From positions 64,958 through 128,957 of the IMG/VR virus record IMGVR_UViG_3300037882_002341: a stretch of 64,000 nucleotides of DNA, one strand, 5' to 3'. How positions within the stretch are numbered: position 1 is the first letter of the stretch; every line of letters starts with the position of its first letter. The position numbers and the translations under genes were made by a program. The notes beneath the pieces were generated by a model that was not told where the DNA came from, did not search any database, and was given only the letters and a program-made list of their open reading frames with translations. This document shows positions 18,880 through 29,425 of this stretch, one piece after another. Source of the stretch: a virus. Lineage: Duplodnaviria; Heunggongvirae; Uroviricota; Caudoviricetes.

Positions 18880-21800
18880 TTGGCTGGCGCAGGCACCTAC
18901 ACAGTTGGTCTAACAGGAACATATCCAACGCTTCAAGCAGCGTTGGATCAGTTGTTTATTGACCAAAGCACTACAGCTTTCACAGCAACCCAGACTATCC
19001 TGATCTACCCAAGAGAGACAACTCAAGGCCTTGTATATACTTACAAAGGAGCCAGGGTTCCATCTGGCTTAAATCCAACAGATCAATTCAGACTGGTTAT
19101 CAGATCCGCCATACCTATTTATCAGACAAGCTCTTCTGGAGGAGGGGTCCCTAAACTTTATGGTAAGTCTGGTGTATCCACCTTTGATTGGGCCGGGATC
19201 TATGTTGATCAGGTTGACTATGTTGATATCTTAGATCTTCGAATAGAAGAGTTCTCTTCAGGTATTATCTTTTATAGATCAAACTATGGTCGTGTAATAA
19301 GCTGCGATACAAATAAGAACTCTCTTTTTGGTGTTCAATTCTTCGAATCAGATCGTGGCGCCATAGTAAATACTGTGCTACAGAATAGCTCGATGCTTTG
19401 TAGCATCATGAGATCTAGGGAAATTGTTCTGATTCACAACACCTTTAATACGGGCGATCCGGGTTATAGACACTGTCTGGGTCCACAGTGGGAAGAAGGA
19501 CAGATCGGTTCTTCCACTCCTCTTGACCAGAGCATCCCTATATACTACGCCTACAACAATACATTCCACTGTAGTTCCGGCGGTGGTGTTCCTCTCATAA
19601 TGCCACTCGATATTCAAAAGACCCTTAATCGCATGGATGGTAATACATACTTCTCTGTGGCCGGAGCCATTGCAGATATTTATTACACAGTAGAAGGAAA
19701 CAGAGTAGATACATTTATAACAAGTCTTGTTGAATGGAGACGCATAACAGGAGCAGAAGATAATTCTATTTGGGATCCAGCTGGTTATTTTTCGGGAGAC
19801 AGAGAACAGACACACCTTGCCGGTGTGATCCATGAAGACAGCAGTGGTATATTTAATCGTGGTTTATCCCTGGGTGTTGTAAAGAGTAATCTGCCCAGCT
19901 GGTTTGATGATTCAATCTTAAACGATGACGCCGGAGGCAATCCTCGAGATGATACGGCCACCCCTACTCCAGGTCCTACAGAGATCACAACGGGTGATGA
20001 CTATGATATCTTTGCGGACTTTCTTGGTGCCACATCCGATCCAACAGTAGAAGACGATAGCAAGATTTATGGTGTTGATCGTGCGGTAAGCCAGCTCCAA
20101 CTAGGTTTAGAGTGCTGGAGTCCGCAGGTGGCAGCTGGTTACTTTTATGTAGGAGACGCTGCTTATTATCTATATGCCGACAAATTTGCCACATATCTTC
20201 ACGATGTAACCTGGTCAAAGGTCGAGCTACCTAATCATATGACCGTACGATCTGTGGGTATCTTAAATACATCAGAGTGTGATGATGCCACCCCCGTGGC
20301 ATGGATGCAAAGAGGTAATACTGTTTGGGCAAACCACAGTGGCGCTACGATATCCAAACCCATAGCAGAAAGCGTACGCGTATATGGCGTTGAACAAAGT
20401 TGGGATTCATCTGAGCAAGCCTTTAATGCCACACCTCTAACAAGAGAATTCTCTGTTAAAGACTCTCCATTTGTCTTCCTCCTAACAACAGTTCCCCAGG
20501 GTGGAGCACCCCTAGTCATAACAGACGATACGATCGGCACAGACACATCAAACAGAAACGATCAAGAACTATTGCCACTTGAATATAGATACGAATGGGA
20601 TGCAAGTCTAGAAATACCAAAGCTTAAACTGCAGGGGGCATCAAACCTCTTTGAGAATCCACACTTCCACAACTATGAATCGCACACTCCTTCTGGTGGG
20701 TACGCTCCTATTGGATGGGATTTTGGTTTAGTCAAGCCAACCGTTGCTCATGACCATCAGGTAATTGGTAACACGAGAGTCTCTCTTTTTGCCACCTCCG
20801 AGTACAACACAGAGCTATCTTATGCCTTTAGGCAAACTGTTGTAAGAAGAGATGAAGACGCAGATCTAATCATAAGCTGGTTTATGCGTAGCGATTCTGG
20901 TATAGATATCAAGCCCATTATTACAACCTATTACGAGAACGGCGAGGTATTCCAGCAACAAGTTCTGGACACAATCGATGTCTCAGCAGAGACTTCCGGT
21001 GACTTTACCTGGAATAGATACGCTGTTCACTGCAAAGCTGACAACGATTCAACACTAAAAGAGTTTGGCCTTTCATGCGAACAGATACTTGAGGCAGATC
21101 TAACCACTGTCAACAACGAGACAAGCCCCAAGGTAAGATTTGAACTACGAGCAGTAAGCCCTGGCACCTCGGAGTTCGATGCCTTCATGGCCTTCGAGGG
21201 TGACTATGTCCCCCGTTATGCTGGTTTACCTTATGGAGACGAGGCAACATTAGAGTATGACAGTTCTGATTTTGGTGTGCACGAGATACCAGATCTTTCC
21301 ATAAGCCCCATTCTCAATCCACAACACACAGGTTTTCTTGTCATAGGTCCAGTGCCCATAGAAGATCTCGATACAAGCGTACTCGAGACAGGACACACAA
21401 CCCTAACGGATACCTATACACCACTAAGACTAACCTGTATCCCCTGGGCCAGAATAGATGGTCCAGATAAGCTAAGACACGTATCATCGGACATTTTCGG
21501 TCTAGTAGGCCAAGGCCTACCAAGAGAAGTTGGATTCGAACCATCTGTGCCCGAGATAAATAAGATTGAGGTATTCCCCAACCCAATTGAGATAGGACAG
21601 GGACTTAGAAAGTCTTTCCATGTATTAGCCACAGACAACAATAATAATCCCTACGCACATAAAGATGTCACGGTGTCTATGGCGGAAGATAACGATCGCT
21701 ACACAGGTAGTCTTGGAATGAAGGAGATGGGATCTCTTTCAAGACTAGGCGTGGAGGTTGTTACCAAGTCTGATCCCTCTGGTTCTATAGTGTCCACACT

Positions 21801-22374
21801 AATAGCACCAGAGAAAAGACTTATGGCCACATCTTTTGATACATCCGATCTCTATCCGTCCAGTAAGGTAGTGACATACTATAAGCCCAATCTCGATAAC
21901 CACGCAAACGTTACTCTCTATAGAGCCAACACAGACGAAGAGATAGCTGTCTATGGACAATATACTTCCGAGACTCTAACCCCGGTCCTGGTTGACTCAG
22001 AGTTAAAGATTCAACTTAGTGAGCTCCCTGTGTTTGCGTCAACCAATCTCCAGGTTAATGGCACATCTGAATTCGATATTGACCTATTTGAATCTCTTAA
22101 TACAGATTATGCAGATAATGAGTTCCATGTAGATTATGCAACAGGAGCCATATTCTATAGGAATAATCGTACGGGTAATGCTAAGGTCTCTTACACCCCT
22201 CTCTTTGTTTGGGTTGACACATCCGATCCATATGCTTTACAATTCCACGGGGACCTTGTAGATATTATTACTAGTGAGATGTACTTACAGTATGACGCTA
22301 TGTCAAATATCCAGGTGTCAACAGGGTCCCTCTCTATCGATGTCCCAGTAGTCCTACTTAATCCGGACGCATAA
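18880..22374 (+). CDS. Multidomain virion protein: right-handed beta-helix, CBM-like and Ig-like domains
   Basis: TTG start with AGGAG 7 nt upstream. Beta-helix-like repeats (GIIFYRSNYGRVISC, GVQFFESDRGAIVNT), NLFENPHF CBM-like start, Ig-like FHVLATDNNNNPYAHKDVTVSM. Confidence 0.6.
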   Translation: MAGAGTYTVGLTGTYPTLQAALDQLFIDQSTTAFTATQTILIYPRETTQGLVYTYKGARVPSGLNPTDQFRLVIRSAIPIYQTSSSGGGVPKLYGKSGVSTFDWAGIYVDQVDYVDILDLRIEEFSSGIIFYRSNYGRVISCDTNKNSLFGVQFFESDRGAIVNTVLQNSSMLCSIMRSREIVLIHNTFNTGDPGYRHCLGPQWEEGQIGSSTPLDQSIPIYYAYNNTFHCSSGGGVPLIMPLDIQKTLNRMDGNTYFSVAGAIADIYYTVEGNRVDTFITSLVEWRRITGAEDNSIWDPAGYFSGDREQTHLAGVIHEDSSGIFNRGLSLGVVKSNLPSWFDDSILNDDAGGNPRDDTATPTPGPTEITTGDDYDIFADFLGATSDPTVEDDSKIYGVDRAVSQLQLGLECWSPQVAAGYFYVGDAAYYLYADKFATYLHDVTWSKVELPNHMTVRSVGILNTSECDDATPVAWMQRGNTVWANHSGATISKPIAESVRVYGVEQSWDSSEQAFNATPLTREFSVKDSPFVFLLTTVPQGGAPLVITDDTIGTDTSNRNDQELLPLEYRYEWDASLEIPKLKLQGASNLFENPHFHNYESHTPSGGYAPIGWDFGLVKPTVAHDHQVIGNTRVSLFATSEYNTELSYAFRQTVVRRDEDADLIISWFMRSDSGIDIKPIITTYYENGEVFQQQVLDTIDVSAETSGDFTWNRYAVHCKADNDSTLKEFGLSCEQILEADLTTVNNETSPKVRFELRAVSPGTSEFDAFMAFEGDYVPRYAGLPYGDEATLEYDSSDFGVHEIPDLSISPILNPQHTGFLVIGPVPIEDLDTSVLETGHTTLTDTYTPLRLTCIPWARIDGPDKLRHVSSDIFGLVGQGLPREVGFEPSVPEINKIEVFPNPIEIGQGLRKSFHVLATDNNNNPYAHKDVTVSMAEDNDRYTGSLGMKEMGSLSRLGVEVVTKSDPSGSIVSTLIAPEKRLMATSFDTSDLYPSSKVVTYYKPNLDNHANVTLYRANTDEEIAVYGQYTSETLTPVLVDSELKIQLSELPVFASTNLQVNGTSEFDIDLFESLNTDYADNEFHVDYATGAIFYRNNRTGNAKVSYTPLFVWVDTSDPYALQFHGDLVDIITSEMYLQYDAMSNIQVSTGSLSIDVPVVLLNPDA

Positions 22375-22377
22375 TAA

Positions 22378-24714
22378 ATGTCATTTGAACCACTCAACAA
22401 TTCTATATCCAAAGAGACATTTAAAAGTGCCTCTGGGTTTAGTCTATCTACCCAGCAAGTAATTGAGAACGGTGTTCTTAAGCTTAGGGGTACCCCCGTT
22501 GTAAGTCCTAATCCCGATCTCAATTGGCAAGAGGCCACCTGGTCAGAGACATCTAACTTTAGGCTCCAGCCAAGCAGAGCAGCCCCTGGCAACAACTGGG
22601 ATCATGAGACAACCGTACCATCTCTTACATCAGACCTAGCAGCAGGGCTCTTCCCGTTTACAGATATCCCTCTGCGTCAGGTGTCCAAAGTCTCCAAGGA
22701 AAGAATAGGACCATTCCATGGAGGGCCGGAAGCTAGACGCTCTATGAGAATTAGAGACCCATATATTCTTGACCCGGGTAATACAGAGGACTCAGCTCTG
22801 CGTACGGGACAAGTGGGTAGACAGCTTTTGGGTAGACGTAGGATCGATCGTAATGGAGCCGCAGTACTTAAGCTCACAGCAGAGGTTGGTGAAACAAACT
22901 TCATTAGACAAAACACATCAGAAGATCAGTCGTTCTGGCCAGATAATGTAAACAATTCTGTTGGGTGGACAGCCGAGTTTAGAGCCTTTGTCCCAAGTGG
23001 AACATCAGAATTAATATTTGATGATGGTGATGTAAGGGTTGGTATTTATATAGATAGGAGAGGATTACTATTAGAGACATCCTCTCTTGGTCCCAGTATG
23101 ACTCGAGTTCTCTCTGTTCCCTGGAACGATACATTCCACAAAGTAAGAGTCGGCGCTCAGGGTAATAACGTGTTCTTGCTATCTGACAGAGGTCAGTCCT
23201 TCGTGGGAACCTCAGTCCTCACGGCAACACCAAGTGTTGCGAAAGATCTCCAGATGGGATTCCTTGGTACAACCACGGGTACCATCCTTATTGATTATTT
23301 CCACCAGTCTCATTTTGGAGTCTTCATGGATGTTGAGGATGATATCTACTACACAGTAGATACCTCTGAGTCATTCTCTCTTACCCCATCTCTCAAACAT
23401 GCACAGAGAGTGGGTCAGTTCAGAACGGCCATAATCAAAACAGAAGGTCCTTATACTGGCGGAACAGCAAAGGTACTTCCACAGTTTAAGAATACATCTA
23501 ATCCATCTTGGACTGATTTTGGCGCCGCAGTAACCATGGTTAATCCCATCCAAGAGATATCTCTAACAGCTTTGGGTGTTGACACAGATGGCAGTGATGA
23601 GCTCAGATTCAAGTTGCTACAGCAACCTTTGTTCACATCATCTAGGCCAGCATCGTTTGATGAAATAACTGTTCTTACGGATTTTGATGGCCAGCCAGAA
23701 TTTAGATGCATACCAGATCACGGAGATTCTTCCGGTGGAAATACGGTTAGAATACTAGCCCTAAATGGCTCGGACCTTTCTCTGCCATTAACCATCTATA
23801 TTTCTGGCGTGGCCATATCGGCAGACAAAGTAACTGCCATAAGTTCTTCAGAGCTATCTGTTTCCGACTGGCCAGCAGGCACGCCTGGACCAGTAACGGT
23901 CTCTATTGATACACTAGCTCCAGGTCTTTTCTTTGCAGAAAAGCCCTATAGATATGTAGAGTCTTACACCAAGGTTGTGGACAGGGCCGAGCAACTAGCA
24001 CGGGTCTGTGGTACACGCTCTGCATTTAGAATTAAAAACGAGGTGCCCAATGGCGAAGTCAACCTGGCTTACGTATCTACTCCAGGTATTGAGACCAACT
24101 CGCACGTTGGCCTCATCGACCTCTCGTACCTCGAAAGCGGTAACGTCGTTGGAGGCTCTGCGCAACCGACATTGCTTGACGGATCTGCGCTTGTTGTGCC
24201 TGGAAGTACCTTCACTTACTCTGAACCTCCCAGCACAGATGACCTGGTTATCGCCATCGGTGCAGCCGGATGGCGTGATCTGGGTGCTCCTGCTCCGCTC
24301 TACTACTACCACCTCATTGGCAAAGGCCGCTACTACATCCACAAAGAACAAGACGACCTAAGCCTCAAAGAGCTAAGGGACTCTATCACTGTTCACTATC
24401 AGGATGGTTCACCAGTAGCGATCCAAGACTTCCCTTGGGATATAGTTGTTGTCCAGAAAGATATCCGTGGTAATGATCTGCCAATAAATACTTATCTTGC
24501 CTTGCTATTAACGAATAAAAAGTTCATACCAGGCAAGACTGTCTTCATAACAGCCACCGTAGCGGACCCATCTAACGAGATGAGATTGATCCAGGGTTAT
24601 ACGGAGGTGGTTAATGCCTACCCAATCTTCACCAAAGATACCCAGGGCAATCTAACATACGATGTAGACATTACAACCCACGGTATCTTTACTCTTAACA
24701 TTCGAGCAAAATAA
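22378..24714 (+). CDS. Virion protein with lectin-like and IPT/TIG-like domains
   Basis: PDHGDSSGGNTVRILALNGSDLSLPLTIYISGV...SSSELSV...PAGTPGPVTVSI matches the IPT/TIG pattern. GWTAEFRAF...NDTFHKVRVG is concanavalin/LamG-like. Confidence 0.6.
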   Translation: MSFEPLNNSISKETFKSASGFSLSTQQVIENGVLKLRGTPVVSPNPDLNWQEATWSETSNFRLQPSRAAPGNNWDHETTVPSLTSDLAAGLFPFTDIPLRQVSKVSKERIGPFHGGPEARRSMRIRDPYILDPGNTEDSALRTGQVGRQLLGRRRIDRNGAAVLKLTAEVGETNFIRQNTSEDQSFWPDNVNNSVGWTAEFRAFVPSGTSELIFDDGDVRVGIYIDRRGLLLETSSLGPSMTRVLSVPWNDTFHKVRVGAQGNNVFLLSDRGQSFVGTSVLTATPSVAKDLQMGFLGTTTGTILIDYFHQSHFGVFMDVEDDIYYTVDTSESFSLTPSLKHAQRVGQFRTAIIKTEGPYTGGTAKVLPQFKNTSNPSWTDFGAAVTMVNPIQEISLTALGVDTDGSDELRFKLLQQPLFTSSRPASFDEITVLTDFDGQPEFRCIPDHGDSSGGNTVRILALNGSDLSLPLTIYISGVAISADKVTAISSSELSVSDWPAGTPGPVTVSIDTLAPGLFFAEKPYRYVESYTKVVDRAEQLARVCGTRSAFRIKNEVPNGEVNLAYVSTPGIETNSHVGLIDLSYLESGNVVGGSAQPTLLDGSALVVPGSTFTYSEPPSTDDLVIAIGAAGWRDLGAPAPLYYYHLIGKGRYYIHKEQDDLSLKELRDSITVHYQDGSPVAIQDFPWDIVVVQKDIRGNDLPINTYLALLLTNKKFIPGKTVFITATVADPSNEMRLIQGYTEVVNAYPIFTKDTQGNLTYDVDITTHGIFTLNIRAK

Positions 24715-26036
24715 TGCCCAGAAAACTACTTGATCTGGACTTGCTTCCAAGGACAGGCTCACACGGTACCAATCTAGAATGGGGAGACCCTCTTTCTTTA
24801 TTTACAGCCGTAGGCTTTCCAGAGATTCTAGATGATACATCGCAAAGAACAGGTGTCCCCTTACTGTCTATTTATTACACAGGTGACACATCCGTGATAT
24901 CCATCACGGGATCTAATATCCATCTTACGCATGATTCAGTTACAGTTCATGTCCCACTAAGTGGAAAAACAACCTCACAGGTTGCCTCATTTATAAATAG
25001 ATTGGGTATGCCCTATACCGCAACGGTGCTCTATGAAACAGAAGACGTTCTTGCCATAAGCCCATTCATATCCAGCATCTTAGATAAAACTATTGACGAT
25101 GGTTCCATTATTAGAGGCCGAGGACATGTCGTTAAGGCATTAGAAGAAGCACAGATTAGGATTCTCCCGCCGTATAATAGTTCGAGGTTCGAACCATGGA
25201 ATATAGTTATCAACAGAGGGTGGGTCACTCGCCGATATAAAGGTGGTGACTGGATATTCGCGGTCCCAGAATACGAGAACCAAACCTGGTCGATTAAATA
25301 CGGCCGAGGGTTTATAGATCTTAAAGATGTAATCGGTGAGCGACTTGGTCCCCGAGCGCTCGGTGTGCCAAGAGCCCCGATCCATTGGGACCGCGGAAAT
25401 CTCCAGCTTAGGGTTAGGGACACTATCCAGCCTGCCAATTCAATTCAGGACGTGGATATCCATAACGGTATTGTCTATCTCAATAGAGATTATGACGATA
25501 ACCAAACCATCTTAATAGACTATACCTACAAAGAAGACGGATATGTTTATCCTGTTGCAGATATAAATCCCACAGAGTTCCACAACCCAGGTGTGTTAGA
25601 TAGATATGTTCTCTTCTATCTTCTGCCACACATAGGCCCCAACGGGGCTATAAGGGACTCCTGCGTGCGCTACAGTGAGTCTTCTACTCTCGCGGGTGCC
25701 ATCTATAGTATCCCCAACACAAGCGAGCCTATCATGCTCCTAGGGGCTACGCAGGTACGCCAGGTACATGACTACACTGAAGTGCAAATTACAGACACCA
25801 GGACAAGGGGTGGGGGTGTCAAGTGGGATAAGTTTAGGCAAGCTGTAACAAGAAATAGAGAAATTCTTAATACTGCAGACCGTGGGTTCTATGACGGCAG
25901 ACCATATCCTGGTAACATGGCACTCTTTGTAACGCTACCAGAAGAAGTTAAGGATGCTTTATCTAAGGCGGAGATAGACGGAGTCATTAAGAGATTCATG
26001 GCGTACGGAACTTATTGTTTTATTGAATATGATTAG
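24714..26036 (+). CDS. Putative virion structural protein
   Basis: 440-aa ORF, TAATG-coupled, in the structural operon. Confidence 0.65.
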   Translation: MPRKLLDLDLLPRTGSHGTNLEWGDPLSLFTAVGFPEILDDTSQRTGVPLLSIYYTGDTSVISITGSNIHLTHDSVTVHVPLSGKTTSQVASFINRLGMPYTATVLYETEDVLAISPFISSILDKTIDDGSIIRGRGHVVKALEEAQIRILPPYNSSRFEPWNIVINRGWVTRRYKGGDWIFAVPEYENQTWSIKYGRGFIDLKDVIGERLGPRALGVPRAPIHWDRGNLQLRVRDTIQPANSIQDVDIHNGIVYLNRDYDDNQTILIDYTYKEDGYVYPVADINPTEFHNPGVLDRYVLFYLLPHIGPNGAIRDSCVRYSESSTLAGAIYSIPNTSEPIMLLGATQVRQVHDYTEVQITDTRTRGGGVKWDKFRQAVTRNREILNTADRGFYDGRPYPGNMALFVTLPEEVKDALSKAEIDGVIKRFMAYGTYCFIEYD

Positions 26037-26044
26037 GAGTAATC

Positions 26045-26359
26045 ATGCATAAGATTAGAGCAATACACAAGATTCCTGGCACTGTTGGTGGATTTGAGGG
26101 CTTTGATGCTGGAGATCATCTCACCCTAACGAGCACGATTCACGCAGAGCTTCAGAAACTAGCCCCAGATACATATCACAATCTAACAAAAGAACAGATA
26201 GAAGAGACAGCACTTAGGGTGGCTAAAGAGTTGTGTGAAGATGAGATCAAGATATATTGGAACAAGTGGTCTGAGGATAGAGTTTCCTTTACTCTTTATC
26301 CGGCAGCCACTTCCTATGCACCTATCTTCGCACCAGGTTGTACTATAACTATAGTCTAA
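26045..26359 (+). CDS. Hypothetical protein
   Basis: 104-aa ORF with AGGAG SD (TAGGAGTAATCATG). Confidence 0.7.
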   Translation: MHKIRAIHKIPGTVGGFEGFDAGDHLTLTSTIHAELQKLAPDTYHNLTKEQIEETALRVAKELCEDEIKIYWNKWSEDRVSFTLYPAATSYAPIFAPGCTITIV

Positions 26360-28953
26360 TGCCCGACTTAATCCAAAATATACCTCTGGATTTTGCTCAG
26401 CTACGTAGCAACGCTGCGGAAGCAGCGGTGCTTTCTCGTCAACTAACAGGAGAGATTAGAGATGAGACAGAGGCAAGAGCAATACTGCAGGATCTTTTGG
26501 CACGCACCCAAAGCTTTGCCGGACCCATAGTCCAGCATCCAGACTTCCAGGAGTACACGAGGATATCGTCTGAGGCATGGAACTCATTCCAAGAATCCAT
26601 CCTCATTGACATGAGGACCATCTATGATTCTATAACAACACTAGAGTCCGCTTCCAAGGCTATGGAAGTCATAGCTAGATCTGATCTTACACAAACCAAG
26701 GCCGCAATTCTAAAAGCTATAAGTCAGCTTCAAGTCTATCAGTTCCTTAGACAGCATCCAGAGTTCCAGGATCTAAAGATCATCGACTTTGTCAGATCGA
26801 TAAATGATTCGAAGAGACGTCCTCTCGCTGTGGTTGATCAAGATATCCGCATGCTTGAACTACCAGCGAAAGCAAGACAGGTGGTTTCGAGCTCTAGATT
26901 AAAAGGAAGAAGGACTCGAGTCTACACCAAGATGTATGGAGGAGGAAAGCTAACAGGATTTAACGAGGCGTTCTCCCCTAGCAACATCATTGATTCAAAC
27001 CCCAACAACTTTTGGGTTGAGGTTATGTCAACCAATGCCCCGGTTGAATTCGATCATGAGACAAGCTGGGGAGACTATCACGCAACAGGGGTTGTTGCAG
27101 AAGTCACACTGGAGTTCTCTCATGTTGAGAGAGTTAACAATCTTAAGCTCCTTCCATTCTCCGAGTTCCCCTATAACATCATTGACATATCCTACAAGGA
27201 AGCTTCGTCTGCCACCAGGTGGACCACCATTCCTAACTTTACAATCTCCTATGCGGTAGAAGATTGGGTGGAGTACGACTTTACCTATATCGCCGTTGAT
27301 CAACTGCGCATAACCATTGAACAACCCAACTACACAAGAAACGTAAGTCTAGTTCCAGAATCTGTCGTGCGCAAGAATAACCTTTGGGCCCAGCTTCAAG
27401 CCTCAGAGTACGATCGTTCAGTTCACGAGCTTGATCTCACCACCAGAGAATCTGGTAGGATAGCCGTACAACCAGAGCAACTTCATCATCTCGTTGCTCT
27501 AGAAAGACTTGATAAAGAGCTTGAGGGTCTCCAGCTCGTTGGAGAGCGCTACTCTGAGTACAAAGATCTTACAAGTTATATCGATGCCATAAGTAATATA
27601 GTTGACGAGATCTCCCCGGGATCAGGTAATAGTGTTCGCGAGCCAACCAAAGGTGAGAGACTACTAGAGGAAGATAAGACAAGACAACTAAGATCGTATG
27701 ATTATCTGGTTGGTCTTAGGAATATAACTCTCAGTGCTATTACTTATGAGCCCATCTCGTATTATGAATCTCCAGAATTCATAACCAATGGGACAGTGGT
27801 CCAGGTCCAATTGGATAGCACAGAGATACAACCAGTGTTCAAAGAGGACGACGGAGTCGTCCAGTACAGGAAAACATCTATTGAGTATGAGATAGAAACA
27901 TCTCCGGACACCAGGTTCCCCATTGTTCCCCTTTCCGATATAGACGGTGACAACTATATCGTTAGGGATGAGTGGATTAGACTTGTAAGAAATAGAGGAA
28001 GGTTAAGATTCAATCCTATAAGCACATCCATTAGCGTAAGAAGAAACGGTACACGTATACCGATGAACGATATCACTCTTGACGGTAGGGATATTGTCAT
28101 AGCGGACTCAGACAAGAATGCGGTTTACACGGCCACTTATCACGTAAGCGAAGAAGAGACTAAGGTTGATATAGATACGATCCTTAATCCAACCAAACTT
28201 TTAAAACCAGAAGAGTTTGATGGTACAGATTTCGAAAACAAAATAATCCTAAAGTACTATCCGTATATTGTTTACGAGATTATCCGGGACAAAGAGCTCT
28301 GGACAAAAGATCCCAACAACGCCATCTACTCATGGACACCAGACTTCTACCCTCTAAGTACAGGCTCGGTATCCTTAACTACAGGCAGCACGGCTGTTGT
28401 ATTAACAAAAGACAATGTTGGAGATCCAGACTTCCTAACCATACCCTTTGGCACAAGCAATACAGAGATCAAGATTTGGATACAAGAGACCAATGAGATC
28501 ATTGAAATGGATCCCAATCCCGCTGTCCCAGTCACCGCAACCCAAGCATATCTAAAGGATATCTATACCGGTGACTCTGTTGCCTCAAGTAGGTTCATCA
28601 TAGGACGCACCACGTCTCATGGCAACGTAACGTATGGTCTCAATATCGATAACTATGAACCCATTAAGGTCCTCGTTAACGGTATAAGAGCTCTTAACAA
28701 GACAGACTACTACTCAAGACAACACCCCGCCTTCGTCTCAACAGAGGGTAGTGAGACTCAGTTGGAGTATATCCAGGCTGGCAAAGCTATATTCTTTAAC
28801 GGCCCTGTAGACGGGAAGATCACAGTTGTGTATGATTGGCTCACACAGTACTTAAAGTTAGTGGCCACTCTACGTTGCAATGTTCCCATAGCCACTATAT
28901 TCAGTCCTAAGATTGATCAGATTAAGATAAGAGTAAAGACAACAGAACTGTAG
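26359..28953 (+). CDS. Virion structural protein, paralog family member 1 (discoidin/galactose-binding-like domain)
   Basis: Start moved to ATG 26359 (TAATG overlap). Motifs NIIDSNPNNFW, GLRNITL and C-terminal SPKIDQIKIRV. Confidence 0.7.
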   Translation: MPDLIQNIPLDFAQLRSNAAEAAVLSRQLTGEIRDETEARAILQDLLARTQSFAGPIVQHPDFQEYTRISSEAWNSFQESILIDMRTIYDSITTLESASKAMEVIARSDLTQTKAAILKAISQLQVYQFLRQHPEFQDLKIIDFVRSINDSKRRPLAVVDQDIRMLELPAKARQVVSSSRLKGRRTRVYTKMYGGGKLTGFNEAFSPSNIIDSNPNNFWVEVMSTNAPVEFDHETSWGDYHATGVVAEVTLEFSHVERVNNLKLLPFSEFPYNIIDISYKEASSATRWTTIPNFTISYAVEDWVEYDFTYIAVDQLRITIEQPNYTRNVSLVPESVVRKNNLWAQLQASEYDRSVHELDLTTRESGRIAVQPEQLHHLVALERLDKELEGLQLVGERYSEYKDLTSYIDAISNIVDEISPGSGNSVREPTKGERLLEEDKTRQLRSYDYLVGLRNITLSAITYEPISYYESPEFITNGTVVQVQLDSTEIQPVFKEDDGVVQYRKTSIEYEIETSPDTRFPIVPLSDIDGDNYIVRDEWIRLVRNRGRLRFNPISTSISVRRNGTRIPMNDITLDGRDIVIADSDKNAVYTATYHVSEEETKVDIDTILNPTKLLKPEEFDGTDFENKIILKYYPYIVYEIIRDKELWTKDPNNAIYSWTPDFYPLSTGSVSLTTGSTAVVLTKDNVGDPDFLTIPFGTSNTEIKIWIQETNEIIEMDPNPAVPVTATQAYLKDIYTGDSVASSRFIIGRTTSHGNVTYGLNIDNYEPIKVLVNGIRALNKTDYYSRQHPAFVSTEGSETQLEYIQAGKAIFFNGPVDGKITVVYDWLTQYLKLVATLRCNVPIATIFSPKIDQIKIRVKTTEL

Positions 28954-28960
28954 GTGACAC

Positions 28961-29140
28961 GTGACATATGGTCCAGAGAGAATCCTTTTAATTGAGCGAG
29001 AAGAGGTCGAACTAGACTTTGATGTCTGTGTATCAAAAACAATAAGTCCAGAACTGATGAATTGGATTAAGGAGATAGACAATGGAAATTATTGGCCTAG
29101 ATATCCAGAAGAAAGACAACAGAATCGTAGCGTGCATTAG
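28961..29140 (+). CDS. Possible small hypothetical protein (59 aa, below ORF-track cutoff)
   Basis: GTG start preceded by TAGGTGA; translation MTYGPERILLIEREEVELDFDVCVSKT...; overlaps the next ORF by 59 nt. Confidence 0.3.
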   Translation: MTYGPERILLIEREEVELDFDVCVSKTISPELMNWIKEIDNGNYWPRYPEERQQNRSVH

Positions 29141-29267
29141 GCACAAGGGTGGTGCAACGGTCACACTGAGTGAAGATACCGAACCGTGCTTTCTTACCTG
29201 GTTCTGGAACACCATCCAAACAGAAGGACTCAAAGGTTCCTTCGAAGGTAAAGGGGAATGGAGATAA
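29082..29267 (+). CDS. Small hypothetical protein
   Basis: 61 aa, AAGGAG SD 7 nt upstream of ATG. Confidence 0.6.
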   Translation: MEIIGLDIQKKDNRIVACIRHKGGATVTLSEDTEPCFLTWFWNTIQTEGLKGSFEGKGEWR

Positions 29268-29425
29268 AGAAAACAGAACTGTATCGTTGTCAAAAGTGTA
29301 AGAAAGAATGGGCTGATAAACCAGGACCTGTAACCTGCCCAGCATGCGGCAATGTTTGGATAGACTGGCTTACATATAAAAAGAACTTTGGAGACAGGAT
29401 CATAAAGACAGAACACAATGCGTAG
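29258..29425 (+). CDS. Small zinc-ribbon protein (55 aa, not in ORF track)
   Basis: MEIKKTELYRCQKCKKEWADKPGPVTCPACGNVW... has CxxC-x12-CPxCG; overlaps the next gene by ATGCGTAG. Confidence 0.7.
   Translation: MEIKKTELYRCQKCKKEWADKPGPVTCPACGNVWIDWLTYKKNFGDRIIKTEHNA

Noticed and set aside
23995-24361. Two alternative-frame ORFs (117 aa +, 118 aa -) as real genes
   Set aside because: Their openness follows from the missing TTA/CTA/TCA and NTA codons in the codon island, and their translations look like shadows. Kept only as part of the island finding.
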